From positions 40,771,239 to 40,835,238 of the forward strand of contig NC_057719.1 of the NCBI RefSeq assembly GCF_004010195.1: a stretch of 64,000 nt of DNA, read 5' to 3'. The position numbers and the translations under genes are program-made. This document shows positions 12,376 through 26,284 of the stretch, piece by piece (position 1 is the stretch's first letter; the number at the start of each line of letters is the position of its first letter). Source of the DNA: Chiloscyllium plagiosum (taxonomy: Eukaryota). A model generated the notes under the pieces. It ran no database searches and was not told the origin of the DNA. It saw only the letters and a program-made list of their open reading frames with translations.

Positions 12376-15300
12376 AGCATTTAATGACAGCTGCACTCTC
12401 TGGCAACAAATGAACATGTATGGTGAAGCTAAGTAGCCATCCAGTTAATGCTGCTGTGCTTGATTAGTGCAGGATAAACATCACATGGCTTACACATGTT
12501 GCTGAAAACAAGAATAGCAGAGTTTAAGGCACTGTAATGTGTACCCCCCCAACTCCCAAGAAAACGTAGAGCCTTATTTGACCCATAGTAATGTACAGAT
12601 AGACACTTTGGAGAATAGTATATTGCTATTACTGAACCATAACACAATTTAGTAAACCTTAAGGGAATGTATTGCGACACTATAAACCTTAGTGCGGTTG
12701 AACTTCAGGACATTTATATCCTCCAGACAGCTGATAATGGGAATTCCTCCCTTAGTCTTTCTCATTGACTGGCTATCGTCTGTCACTACGCTGACAAAAA
12801 GGCTTAATGTAATCTATTCAGTCTTTCTGTACTCCTTGCAATTCATCTAAAATTAGTCCTTATGTTTTGGCTGTATGCTTTCTGTGTGGCCATCCCTAAA
12901 ATGTAGAATTTGTCTTTAGGCATTTGGCTGAGTTGAGGTTAAACTAAGTTTTGTTTCTGGTGCTGAGGTGATAAGGTCTAATCATCTCAGAATTTCCCCT
13001 CCCACCCTGCTCTCCTGCTGGATAGGTGGCTTTCATTTCCTGTGTGTGATTTGTTTTTTTAGGGTTTTCATTTTGGACTTTGCATCAGCAACAGGAAATG
13101 AGCGTAGAACTTTTGAAAGGGTGGATAAAAATGTGCTAAAACCAGTTTACAAGTGTAATACATAATGTGTTGTCACAATCAGTTTAAAGGAAAATTGTGA
13201 TAAGGTGGTTGTCAGCAGTTATGTAATCTTATGTAATCTTTTTGTAATTCAGTCCATAAAAATAGGCACCACCTTAATAATTTAGGTTGAGATCACCTCT
13301 GTTTTTTAATTTTGAAAATTTTCCTATTAGTTGGTCTGAATGTTTTTCTCCACCCACCCCCATCACAACCTCTGATCTGGTATATGTGTTGAACAATCAT
13401 TTACAATTTTCAATGCAAAGTGGACTTGTAAATTATTTGAATGAAATGTATTGGTGCTAATGCGAAAAAAAAAACTGACATCTGTCATTCAGTTTTGAGA
13501 CTGTTGCTTGCTATGTAGATTTGAATGTTTCCTCCCAGTGGCATTCAAGAACTGATCCCAGATTCTTTGACAATTTAGTAGCAGGCTTAATCACTTTGTG
13601 CAACACAATGTGGCAAAAAGGCCAAATTGATCATCAAAGAAAGTCAAGTTTGTCAAAGAAACTTCCCTCATGATGTCATTTCCTTTGTGTGATTAAGTGG
13701 AATAGTCATTTAAAATGTCTTATACTTGAAAGACACTGCACCATTGTTATGTACTGCCTTGGACTTAAAGACCTTTTTTTGCAAACACAAAGAGGTGTCG
13801 TATTTCTAGTGCAGCCTAAATTTGTAGGCTGTGATTTTGGAGTTCCCGTTTAAGAACACTGACATGGGAACAAAGCGTTAGAGGAAATTCTGTTTCCACT
13901 GAGGTCTGGGACTGCAGTGTGCAATTGTTTTAAGTTAACAGCGAACTTGAAATGAAAAGAATTTCCTCTAACACATGATAGGTTTTCCTAGGTTTGGCAA
14001 AGTTGCTGGGATCTATGCAGCAGGCAATTTTCTTTCCTGATCCTATTTTGCAAATCAGGAAAACCACGAGGTCATAATTGGACACACCCAGACTTGTTTG
14101 TCAAAATGTCTCAAGGTCCTTTACAGGGCGAGTAGATATTGAGGAAGAAGGAACTAAGGGAAACATGGCAAAAATGAAGCAATTTTTAAGAAGCCTTTTG
14201 AGAAAAGGAAGGTGGGAGCAAGGCAAAAGGTTTAGGAAAAAGATTTTCTGAAACAAGAAGGAAAAAATGCTGGCAAAAGAAAGGAGAGTCCCCAGCTGAT
14301 TTAAAATGTCTCTGAGCTACGATACAGGGGAAAAAGGTGTTAAATGTTGAAGCATGACCATGGAGGTAATTGAAGATGAAGTATTTAAACTTGGTGTATG
14401 ATGAGGACTTTGGCAATGTTGTGCAGGACAGAGGTGGGATGCAGCACTCTGGATGAATTGGGCCTGTACTTGAATAGTCAGTGAGGAAACTGTTTCAAAA
14501 AGAAGAGCCTCGAGAGGATGAAGATTTGGACCACAGCTTTGGTAATGGACTAGATGACTTAGGGAAATAAGTGATTAGCTTTTAAAAGCTGAAAGCAAAG
14601 AATTTTGTTGTCTACCAGATATGATCACAAAAAACAAAAAGTTTTATTTCAGCTGAAGCTGTCCTTATGACTACGATGAAGCAAAAATATTGAAAGTTCA
14701 TACCTGCTCGTTTTATGGAATATAGCTGTCACCTTTGAACTTTAAGACTACAGGGGCAGTTAGTAGTGAATGTTTAATTAGCAGCTTTGGATGCTTGCAG
14801 TGTTGTAGAACATCAATAGATTGCCATTGCTATTTGGCCTTCTGTCAATTCACATACAACCACTGAGTTGTGACTTGAATATTTCCCAAAACTAAGGGTT
14901 GGAAATCATTATGAACTAATATTTTGATACGGTGGTAATTCAATAGTTCCAGCAGATTTATTATTAAGACAACATGTAAATTTGTAATAATCTGGACAAA
15001 CTTAGAAAGCTGAATATCTTTGATTTTTCCGCATACATGGGAGAGTGGAAGACCGACAAATTAGATACTATTCAAAGTTTTGGAGCTCCTATAAAGAGTC
15101 ATTGCAGAGGATTGTGTGAGGGGTGTGGTTGGGGATATGGAGAGAGTTACTCAATGTGGCCAATTAAGTAGAGACATTGTTAGGAACTCTCAGGCCATGT
15201 GTTATTTCAGTTCTGGATAGCCTGATGGCAAACTGGTGACAAATGTGCAGAGAAGACAAAGACATATTAGCTCAGGAACATCAAATACAGATCACAGTCT

Positions 15301-17521
15301 GGACTCTTGCAGATAACAATGAATGGATCATTTTGGCCTTCTTCTGAATGGTCTGTTTTTGTCACACCAAGTTTCCTTCTTAGAGGTTGGGTGGTAAGAA
15401 AGTGGTGACCCTACCACCCAGATCATCCAGAACTCCCAGCTTTGTAAGATGGTAGAGTGCTTGATCTGCACCTATAGCTGCAAGAGTCCTTATTGACAGC
15501 ATGGCATTAAGGAAAATCTTCTCTTAATCCTGGGTACTTACTCAATGTAGGAGTAGAGATTCCCATGTAACATGTTCAAATGCTGTCTAAAGTGCTGGGA
15601 TTGCTGACCAACATATTCTTCAGGCTGATGTAGTGACATGGAGATTGCTTATCTTGTTTCAGAGACACTTTAAGGATTAGGTTAACTAAAGTGTTCTACC
15701 TAGTTTGTTTAACAAGCCTATCTCCCTGCCTTTGTCCCGATACTGCTAAAAATGCTCAGTTAAGTTTGTCACTTAGATTGCATTTTGGAGGGTTTTGATT
15801 CAAGTGGTAGGGATGAGCCTGGCTTTGTCATCAGTACTCTGATGAGTAAACAGTATCATGTTTTTAGGTTGCTCTGATCTTTGAGCTTCCTAAGGCTTTA
15901 GGAAACTGGGCAGGCTGATAAGAGAAATTGTACCCTCGGGACACATAGTCCCAGCGAGCAAATAAATCATGCCTTTCAGGCTTGATGTAAATCATGGTGA
16001 AAATTAGTTGTTGGCTTTGTGTTGGATTAATCTTCATTAGATGCAAGTCTGTCTTGATTGGACTCAGATGAATATCTGTTTGGATTGTTCAAAGCTAACA
16101 CTTACGAACTTTAAAAAAAAGTATCCAGTCTCTTAAAGTATTCAGGTTAGTCTTCATGTACTTTTAGCTTGCCATAACATTTTTAACATTGACATTGAAA
16201 GTTTTCAGCAAATGCGAATTGTAAAATAAGCTAAGACAAGCCTCAAAACTGTCCTTTGTATAAATAATACACAGCCTCTTGGCATGTGTTGTTTGATATT
16301 CCATTGCTCAGTTTAGATGTGAAATATTTATTCAGTATTACCTGTGATTTCAAAATGTGTGTGAATGACATATTCCAATATCTGTTCTGGACAGGAATCA
16401 ATAAAATAATTCCATGTATCCTTATGTTATTGAATTAAGCCATTTTATTCTCAACCATTGCTCTGTTGTTAGAAAGACTAGTGTTCTTTTGTCAGAGAGC
16501 ACTTGTTGAGGTTTGGTTCCATTTGGTTGATTTGTCAGTTGGCTGCTCGCTTTTCTGATTCACACTGAGGACAGGTTCCTTTCTAATTATCAGGATTAAG
16601 TGATGTGATGCTTTACAAGTGTTCATTTGCTTAAGGATCTGACACTTTTTTAGTATTTGCAGATGTTTTTCAGCTGACTGTGAGACCTGGTAAGGTTTTG
16701 TCATTAGCCACTCTCCAGGTAGTTTGTGCAGAAAATAAACAAAAATTAAGATAGTTACCACACATAAACAATACTTGGGGGTGGGGTCTTCAGTAAAGCA
16801 GTGCAATAAACCTTTGAATTCCAAACTGCCGAGAGGAAGTGTAATTCCTCTTCAGGATGTTGTTATACTGTTACAATTCCTTTTCCTGTTTTTAACAACT
16901 TGCGGCAGTTCACTAGTCATTGTTTTTAGTCATATTTGTCATTCAGAGATGTAAAGCTATACTTTTATTTGCTTTGTGGAGTATCTTAACTATTTCAGAG
17001 TAATGAATCTGCAACAGCTACAAACAAAAGAAAACTCATGTATTTTATTTTGTAAAATCTTCTCCTTTCTATGTTTTTCCCTTTGTTCCTCTCAGAAAGG
17101 TGGTGACTAATGCAGTGCATGAACAAATTCCATGACAGCAATTATAATTTGATTTCACATCCAACTTGCATTTTTTAATATGTAAGTCATTGTGCTAATG
17201 GGCTATTTGGCTGTTAAAAGTATTGTAGGGAATTCTCATTCTGCATCCACTCTACGTTTGCATACTGACAGTCTTGGTAGAGATCAGTGACAATTTTAAG
17301 AATCCTGGCTAGTATAGTTTTCCAAGTCAAGTCCAGGGACTTCCTTCATTTTCAAAAGAATGTAAATTCAGAACTTGGTTGCTTGACTATCATCACAAGT
17401 TTCTTTCAGGTGAACTGTTGAATATCTCTTCCAGGAGATCAAATATTTATTATACCACTCTGCACATTATTATTGGCATTATCCCTTCACATTATTGTTT
17501 GAAGAATACTCACGTGTAAAA

Positions 17522-17720
17522 GTAAAATCACCCCAGTCCTACCAGAACATTGGACTCCTCTCTCATTAGAGACAACTGGTGATGGTCGAACCTGAGGGTC
17601 ACTATGCCTCAAGCGAAGAGAGAGGCTGAGAAGGAAAATCCTTCATAGTAACCTCAGATGGCATGGGAATTGAATCCATCATTCTACAGTGCAAACCACC
17701 CATCCAGCCAACTAAGCTCA
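17522..17720 (-). mobile_element. tRNA-derived SINE, decayed
   Basis: Minus strand begins agcttagttggctggatggg...ggattcaattccc (A/B-box-like). Confidence 0.5.
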
Positions 17721-18050
17721 CCAATTTATGTACATGAATGTTGTTTCGGGCTGCATCGTAATGCAGCCTTTTGTGTAAGTGTTTTACATTTCTCTGTATT
17801 GGCTTTGGTTCACGTTAACATTTTTGTAACGAGACATGTAAAATCGGAGTGGTATTGTACGTTTTGTTTATTTAATAATTAGGTATCATCTGAATTTTCA
17901 TTCTTTAGCAAATTTACATTTAGTGATTGCTTTTACTCATTCTTGAGATGTGTGAGAGTTACTGGCAAGTCAACAATTATTACTCATCCTAATTCACTCA
18001 TTCCTGAACCCTGGCAATCCATGTGGTGATGGTAGATCAACAATGCTAGG

Positions 18051-18183
18051 CAAAAGTGAGGACTGCAGATGCTGGAAATCAGAGTCTAGATCAGAGTGGT
18101 GCTGGAAAAGCACAGCAGGTCAGGCAGCATCCGAGGAGCCAGAAAATCGACGTTTCAGGCAAAAGCCCTTCATCAGGAATGAA
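18051..18183 (-). mobile_element. Solo PLE terminal repeat, family A
   Basis: Closely matches the 3' ends of the GIY-YIG-encoding copies at 26150-26283 and 39609-39740. Confidence 0.85.
18145..18180 (-). ncRNA. Minimal type I hammerhead ribozyme motif with intact core
   Basis: attc-CTGATGA-a-gggc-tttt-gcct-GAAA-cg-TC-gatt; palindromic ACGU stem III, GUC triplet. Confidence 0.75.
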
Positions 18184-19904
18184 GGCTAAGACAAGAGAGA
18201 CTTATGCATTTGTAAGGGACTCTGGTGATGTGGAAATGGGTGGGAAAGTGGCCCTGAGGCCATGATCATCTTGAATATATTATAACAGCTGCTTTTCATG
18301 ACAAAGGTTTCTGCAAACATTTTGTTTAAATATAGAAAGTGACAGGGTCAGGTTAATTTAATGTGTTGCAGGAAAAGCATTTTCTGGTGTTGTACTTAAC
18401 AAGGTATAGTTTAATCCACGTTAGCAACTAGTTCCAGGTTATGTTGATGTGATAGGCACTGTTACAGAGATCTTTGAGGAGGACCAGGTTTCATAATCAT
18501 TGTATTCTTCTTAACCCCTGCAGATATTGATATAAAGATAAAATATAATGAGCCATATGGTCTGTGACTGCTCGAATTTTCTTAGGAGTCTTGGTGAGCT
18601 GCGACAGATGGGGTACTCTTTTGCTGCAGTGATAGAGACAGTGACTGCTTGAATTGGAAGATGGGTGTTGATATGAGCTGGATGCTTGGTTTAGGTGGTG
18701 TTTTAGGAGCTGCACTCATCTAAAGACACTATTCCAACACATTCTTGACTTGTGCCTTAGTGAATTGTGGACAAGTTCTGGGAGTCGGGGGTTGCGGTCC
18801 AGGTATATTAAAGTTATGATTTTGTACAATTGTTTGTTTTCCAAAAGCCAAAATAAACTCCAAAATATAAGATGTTTCAACACAACCAGACCTCCTAAAG
18901 CATTTCACTAAATTACAAATCAGCAAGCAGCTATTCTCCTGCAGTTTACTTCAAATGAATACTAATATAATTCCAAGGATGCAAATGATCATTAAATTAT
19001 TTCACCCGAGCTGCATTTCAGGTTTTTAACAGCTCAGACCTATTTTAATTATGAACAGTGGTGATGAGCCACAGAAAATTGTTTTTTTTTGTTCAATTAA
19101 TCCTGAACTATAAAACATTAAATATGTTTAGAAATTGTAGCTCTGGATCATAAACCAGCTTTGCCCACAGGGTACAAATTTCTAAGAGTGCAAATGATTT
19201 TGATCTCTCTTCTTACCAACTGCATTATTACTTGAATGTAGTTGATATAATCAGATAAAAATCCTGCATGACTTTACACTCTCATAAGTTGCGAAATGTG
19301 AGGACCAGACGAAGCGATTAAGTTGGTTTGTAAATTTTCTAGATAAATGCATTTCTGGATAGCTATCAAATAAATGCAGCAACAAATTTCAAAATCTTAA
19401 CTTTTCGATGTTTTTTTCTTCTAAAAGAAAATAAATTACAGAGCACTGAGTAGAAAATATTGAAAAGATATTGCAGACCTTAGTTTCCTTCACTAGCTGA
19501 GGAGCCTGCACTTAAATTTAAAGGTTCGACTGAAACTCTGGCTGAGATCAATCTTAGCTGAATTGAAAATAAGTGCTGCTGATCCTTGTGATATGGTGTT
19601 ATACCAGCCTGACCTAATATTTCAGGGAGTCAGTATTTTACATTTTAAATTTGAATAAGTCTTTAATTTATTTCTGATTGGCACTGTGCATTGTAACCAT
19701 GAGCTTAGCTGGTAGACTCCATAGCAATATACACTGAACACAGCAGGCAGTTGTTTTCAAAACAATGCAGATGAGTTTTGTCCAATTAGAGCCTCAAAGC
19801 TTATTTTAAATTGGTGTCACCCTAAAGTATCCTACTGGCTATAGCCGGAATTTAAATGTGGATTAAATGAGTTCCTTGAATTTTTTTTCTGTGTCAGTCA
19901 TAGC

Positions 19905-20340
19905 TCTGTTGTAGCTCTTTTCCTTGTGAATCAGAGGATTGTGAGTTCAAGCTCCAATTGGAGACTTAAATCCATAGTTAATTTGGGCCGATACTAGCAG
20001 CAGATGTGGTGGTGTAGACAAAACAAGCTGCGACAGAGTCCTGCACTGTAAGTTAGACTAAGGCCCCAAATGTCCTATCAGACTCAAACCTGATGACACT
20101 AGAGATAAGCTGTGGAGCTCTAGTCGCTTGGCTAATATTTATACCTCTAGCTAAAGTCGCTAAGAATAGTTGGTTGCTTGTCTCATCAATGTTTGTGGCG
20201 CTTAGCTGAGCATAAATTGGGTGGTGAAGTTTCCTTTGTGACAATGGTGACCATGCTTCAAAAACGCTTTATTGGTTGCAAAGTGATTTTGGACATTCTC
20301 AGGTTGTGAAAGGTGCCATATAAATGTAAAGTTCTTTCCT
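19905..20340 (+). mobile_element. Deu-domain SINE (SacSINE1/AmnSINE-like), near full length
   Basis: tRNA-like head (gaatcagaggattgtgagttcaagctcc), central ttggctaatatttat...gtttgtgg...aaattgg, tail gtgaaaggtgccatataaatg. Confidence 0.65.
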
Positions 20341-22064
20341 TTTCTGGTAACCATGTCAACTTTTATGGCACTCAGTTCCTGAGATTTTCTTCTGGTTTGA
20401 CATACTTGCAGGTTTATTTTCTGTAATATGTTTTAAAATATCATTCTAGATATTGCAGTTCACTTCACAGCGCTCCTAAGCTTTTACTTTGTGAAAAGAA
20501 CATTTTGCATTTCTGCAGTAGTATCTCTTATATCCAAATTTCTTTGAGTCATATTGTCTGTTTTTCTCTCAACAATTGCTGACAGACCTGCTGAGTTTTT
20601 CCAGCAATTGTAATGCTTCCATTCCAGATTTTCAGCATCTGACAATGTTTGCTTTTATCCAAAAACAAATTACTTCTGTAGCAAGCTCACTGTAGGAAAA
20701 AGAGTGGCCAATTTCCATAGGTTCACAGCTTGCAAAGAATAGATGTTCAGGTTGGTGGTGATGGTGGATTTGGGAGGTTAAATTTTAGCTCCAATAACAC
20801 TAGAAGCATTCTGTTCCCTACTGTATTGTTAAATGTGCCCCTATTGGTTCTTTAATGACTTTCAACAGTTGAAAGAGCCCTTTTTAAACATATCACAAAA
20901 CGCTGTAACAAGTAGCACACCCTCTGTACTATATCAAATGTCAGCCTGAATGATATGTTGAAATCCTGGAGAGGCATTTGAACCTATAACTCCCCAACAT
21001 AAGGGGCAAGAGTATTACTGCTGAACCAACAGAATACAATTTTTAGTGAATAAAGTAAATAACTTTTATGAAATCTAATTCTGAAGTTTCCTATTCACTC
21101 CATGGAGTGAATAGGAAAAGCTAAGATGGGGGCTTCTCTAAATCACGGAAGTTGCAGCAAAATTGTTTAGTACATTTAGAGTAGATCGGTAGTTCCATTC
21201 CTGAAGAGTAATAGCCACTTTAATGTGTGCGACTAGACTTAGTGGTTGTTGTTTAATTACGCCAAACTTCTCTGCCCATTTGTACTTTTCACTGATGTGC
21301 AACATTTACTTGATCAATTTACAGCTTCACGGAGGGAGGAAGGAAGTATAAAACTGCATCAGAAGGATAGAAGTTTAGTGGGAATGGGCAACACATTTTG
21401 TAACTCTTGATAGCATTTACAACGGAAGTAAGTTAGTTTTCTTATCATTCTAAAGAATAGTGCAACATTAACATGCTATTACTTCTTGAAAATTAGTTCT
21501 TGTATAATCTCTTTAGAACAGTTTTTGTTCAGAAATTGCACAATTAGATTCAAATAAAATGCAATTTTGTTGCTTGTGCCTCATCATCAGAACCTTCAGA
21601 ACAACTTGTATAAAAGATGACAATTTTCCAATATTATAAAGCACTTACATAGACTATAGTCTAATCAGATGCAATTATATTGTTATATCCTAGTCTTCCA
21701 ACTTCCAAGTGCAAGTAATATTGGAAAAGAATGATTGTCAAGAATAGTGGAAATCCTGTCGTGTACACAAAACTAATTGTGTAAAATGTGATTTCATATA
21801 AAATCGCATTTGTGAAAATCAGATTTTTGATAAAATTGGAATTAAACTCAATGCAACAAATTGGTAGGTTATTTGCTTTATCGAAAAGTAATACATTTTC
21901 AAAATTAGGTCCCTAGTGAATGTTACTATATTTTCATCTCAGGAAAGGTGTGACATTTGGTTCTTCTCTAAAAGTAGGTTGTCTCTGTACATTGCTGTGA
22001 CATTCGTGTAAATTTAAGGTCTTCAGTATAATTTCACAACTTTTAAAAGCTTCAGTGATCAATT

Positions 22065-22690
22065 CTATGATAGAGCCATAGAGTTGTACAGCATGCAAAC
22101 AGACCCTTTGATCCAGCTCATCCATGCTTACCAGATATCCTAAATTAATCCTGTCCCATTGCCAGCATTTGGCTCGTATCCCTCTGAGCCCTTCCTATTC
22201 ATTTACCCACCCAGATGCCTTTTAAATGGTTTTCTCCCACAGTCAAAAGATGTGCAAGTTAGGTAGATTGGTCACGCTAAGTTTTTCATAGTGTCTAGGG
22301 ATGTGTTGGTTAAGTGTGTTAGTCATGGGCAATGCAGGGATCGGGTAGTGGGATGGGTCTAGGTGGGATGCCATTCGGAGGGTTGGTGTTGACTTGTTGG
22401 GCCAAATGGCCTGTTTTCACACTATGGGGATTCTATATTGATGATGAAGTGCATAGCTCAGACTCTGGCTATTTTCCCTGGAGTGTTGGAGGCTGAGGGT
22501 GAAGTTTGTAAAATCATAAGGGGCATGGATAGGGTGAATAACTAAGGTCTTTTCCTTAGTGCGGGGAAGCCCAAAACTAGAGGGGTAGGGATCAGATGAG
22601 AGGGGAAGATATAAAAAGGACATAGATGCAACGTTTTCAAGCAGAGGGTAGTGGGTGTATGGAATGGAGGAGGTGGTGGAAGCTTGTACT
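22065..22690. mobile_element. Mosaic: CR1 3' end (-, to ~22228), HE1 SINE 3' half (+, ~22229-22445), CR1 fragment (+, ~22455-22690)
   Basis: Segment-wise similarity to 9420-9570, 11370-11560 and 10760-11000. Confidence 0.75.
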
Positions 22691-24694
22691 GAATTCCATG
22701 TTTATTTTGTTATTATATTCCTCATTCCTTTTACTTCAGATATTTTTTGATTCTGTGTTTTAGGCAATTCTCAACCTTAGCAATACATGTCTCAGAAAGC
22801 ATTCTTACTTTGAAACTCAGTTATGATTCCTAGTGTGTGCATGAATGACCTGAGAAACTTAATCTGATTATTTCAATTGCTGGTTCTAATCTGTACTCCA
22901 TGATGGCATTGACAGTGACTGGCAAAGTATAGCCACTTACACCAGCAAGAGGCTGGTTCTGGTGCAGGAAGAAGTCTAGATCAGTGACAACTCGCATAGT
23001 GAAGCACAGCATCCTGATACAATGTGCCCTGATCAAATCTATGAAACCAACTCACAATTTACACTTCTAGAGTTTGTATAAGGACTTGGAAGAGCACCAC
23101 CTTTATCTATGGCTGCTTGATATTGCTGCTGAGCCTGTGGCTGTTGTTCTTCTCCCACTGTTCCTCTGACCTAAATAATGAAGTAAAATGCAACACCAAT
23201 CATAACACTGTTTAATCAGGGTGAGGGAGGCAAAGTCAAAAGAATACCAAAAATGTAGAATGTGCCAGCCAGAATGTTCCACAGCCATCTAAATGAAGTC
23301 AGCGGTTAAACTGGCAGCCGGCAGCATTACAGCAAGAGTAGGGAGGTACATTGTTTTAAATCAATTTTAATAGCATCTATTCCCTGTTCCTGCTTGGCAC
23401 CAGAAGTGAAAATTCATGTATTCACTGTCTTGAGACGCTCGTAGAACATTAAATAATTCAATCGTGCAGCATGTTGAAACCAGTAAGGAGTTGTAATGCA
23501 GCCAATTTCATCTGAAATTTGTAATGGACCACCCAGGAAATGCGATGCAAGTTGGAACAAGCTTCAAATGATTAGAAAGAAACCCTCTTATATTCTTAGT
23601 ATTTGGGGAGTTCATAGATGCCGTTTACAGCTAGAGCTATGGATTTCGGATGATTCTATTCAAGGTTGTTAAACCACATTGACTATATTGGTTTTTGACA
23701 GCAACTCACAGTGGACAGTAATTTTAAACATTGTTCAAAGTCTTATTATATGACAATGTGATTTTTATTTAGGACAAGGATCTCAGAACATCAAAATGCA
23801 GGTTATAACCAATTATTGCAAATAGGAATGTTATTACTAAATCTAAAAACTAGCACTCGTGAACCAGCAACTTCAAAATAGCCTAAAAGTTGACAACATG
23901 AACAGTCCTGATATGAGGAAGATTGTTATATAGAATTTTAAAGAAGCTTTTCGAATAACAGATATCCCTTCAATACCTGCTTTACTGGATAGGAGAAGTA
24001 AGTACAGGAAAGTGAATTTAAAGAAAGCTAAGTGTCAATTTTTGGGAATTTTGTGGAGGCTTTCTTTCCATGAGCTCTCGTGGTTTATCTTAATAAGGTG
24101 AGCCCACCTCATTATCTAAGCACCATGCCTCAATGGCACCATTCTAGCAATCACCATTGTCAGCACTTTTGGGATTTCTACCATAACTATGATCATGAAG
24201 CATGTTAATGCATGCAAATGGCTTCTCACTGCTCAATAACGAGATTCTCATCATGCCGTTCAAATCTTGGGTACAAAATTAGACTTTTTCTTCTTGACCA
24301 AGAATCTCATTTTTCCGATCTTGCCATACTTTTCTGTTCAATCCACCATTGCCTATGTCATTGGAAAAGTTCACTCTGTGTACTTCTAGGGAGTTTAACG
24401 GTATGGTTTGCTCTGCACATTATTTTAATTTAAATCATAGAAGATCATCCTATTTAACTTTACATCTGACAATGGAGAAATGGGAACTGCCTAAATCTGC
24501 TCAATCTGTCTCAAACACTGGTGACCTTTAATACCTTGTAAAGAACTATGTTTCATTGATCGAGTTAAGTTAAAAGGTGTCAGCAGTTTATTTCACCATG
24601 TAATATTATAATCAGGCCCAATCCTGTACTCCCCCAATGTCCGTGTATGCCTACATTGGCTATCATGCCTGATTTTCTTTCCTTTCTTGGTTTC

Positions 24695-25380
24695 ATCCTT
24701 GCTAACACTCAACACTGGAGACCCCCAGGGGTGGGTACTCCGCCCCCTACTGTACTCACTGTATACCCATGACTACATCGCTAAATGCCAGACTAATGCC
24801 ATTTACAAGTTCGCTGATGACACCACCATAGTTGATGATGAAACAGACCACAGACTACATGTGGAAGACCTGGAAAAATGGTGCACTGAGAACAACCTAG
24901 CTCTCAATGCCAGCAAAGCCAAGGAACTCATTATTGACTTTCGGCGGGATGTTACTCATGCCCTCCTTCACATTAACAGCACAGAGGTGGAACGAGTGGA
25001 GTGTCAAGCTTCTGGGAGTGGTCATCCATACTAAGCTTTCTTGGACTCTTCATGTGGATGCACTGGTTACAAAGGTCCAACAATGTCTCTTCTTCGTCAG
25101 GCAGCTGAGAAAATTTGGCATGATGGTGAATACTGTTGCCAACTTTTATAGGTGCACCATTGAGAGCATTCTGTCTGCATGTCTCACTACCTGGTATGGC
25201 AACTGTACCATTCAAGATTGGAGACGATTACAGAGTGGTGAACTCGGCCCGGACAATCAGAGAGTCCAATCTCCCATCTATAGAATTCATCTACCAGGCC
25301 CACTGTCAAGGAAAGGCCGCCAGCATTCTCAAAGATTCATTCCACCTGGCAATGCTTTTCTACAACCTCTACCATCGGGG
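24695..25380 (+). mobile_element. Rex1/Babar-clade non-LTR retrotransposon RT fragment
   Basis: LNTGDPQGWVLRPLLYSLYTHD, KFADDTTIV, and FVRQLRKFGM..NFYRCTIESILSACLTTWYGNC; frameshifted. Confidence 0.85.
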
Positions 25381-25757
25381 ATTTCTATAACCTCTACCAA
25401 TGCATTTATTGTATCCATTGCTCCTGATGCGGTCTCCTTTACATTGGGGAGACTGGACGCCTTCTCGCAGAGCGCTTTAGGGGACATCTTCACAACACCC
25501 ACACCAATCAACCCCAACGCCCCATGGCCGAACATTTCAACTCCCCCTCCCATTCTGCCGAGAACATGCAGGTCCTGGACCTCCTCCATCGCCACACCCT
25601 CACCACCCGATGCCTGGAGGAAGAAAGCCTCATCTTCCGCCTCAGAACGTTTCAACCCCCAGGCATCAATGTTGACTTCACTAGTTTCCTCATTTCCCCT
25701 CCCCCCACCTTACCCCAGTTCCAATCTTCCAGCTCAGCACCATCCTCCTGACCTGTC

Positions 25758-26069
25758 NNNNNNNNNNNNNNNNNNNNNNNNNNNNNNNNNNNNNNNNNNN
25801 NNNNNNNNNNNNNNNNNNNNNNNNNNNNNNNNNNNNNNNNNNNNNNNNNNNNNNNNNNNNNNNNNNNNNNNNNNNNNNNNNNNNNNNNNNNNNNNNNNNN
25901 NNNNNNNNNNNNNNNNNNNNNNNNNNNNNNNNNNNNNNNNNNNNNNNNNNNNNNNNNNNNNNNNNNNNNNNNNNNNNNNNNNNNNNNNNNNNNNNNNNNN
26001 NNNNNNNNNNNNNNNNNNNNNNNNNNNNNNNNNNNNNNNNNNNNNNNNNNNNNNNNNNNNNNNNNNNNN
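25758..26069. other. Assembly gap (312 N)
   Basis: Run of N. Confidence 1.
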
Positions 26070-26150
26070 CACCTATTGCACTCTTAGCTACCTTCTCCCC
26101 AGCCCCACACCCCTCCCATTTATCTCTCCACCCCGGAGGCTCCCAACCTC

Positions 26151-26186
26151 ATTCCTGATGAAGGGCTCCTGCCTGAAATGTCGATT
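26151..26186 (+). ncRNA. Minimal type I hammerhead motif in PLE terminus
   Basis: attc-CTGATGA-a-gggc-tcct-gcct-GAAA-tg-TC-gatt. Confidence 0.65.
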
Positions 26187-26284
26187 TTCCTGCCCCATAG
26201 ATGCTGCCTGAACTACTGTGCTTTACCAGCAACACTCTAATCTTGACTCTGATCTCTAGCATCTGCGGTCCTCACTTTCACTCC

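Larger units (their letters stand above)
25381..26283 (+). mobile_element. Penelope-like element 3' part: GIY-YIG endonuclease and terminal repeat, interrupted by the gap
   Basis: IYCIHCS*CGLLYIGETGRLLAERFR, then AEHFNSPSHS...LEEESLIFRLRTFQPPGIN. Confidence 0.9.

Noticed and set aside
15829..15850. ctgatga within the catcag-tact-ctgatg hairpin
   Set aside because: No stem II followed by GAAA and no PLE context, so not a hammerhead.
24907..26211. 434-aa ORF
   Set aside because: Artefact: it joins Rex1 sequence to an off-frame Penelope segment and reads through 312 Ns.
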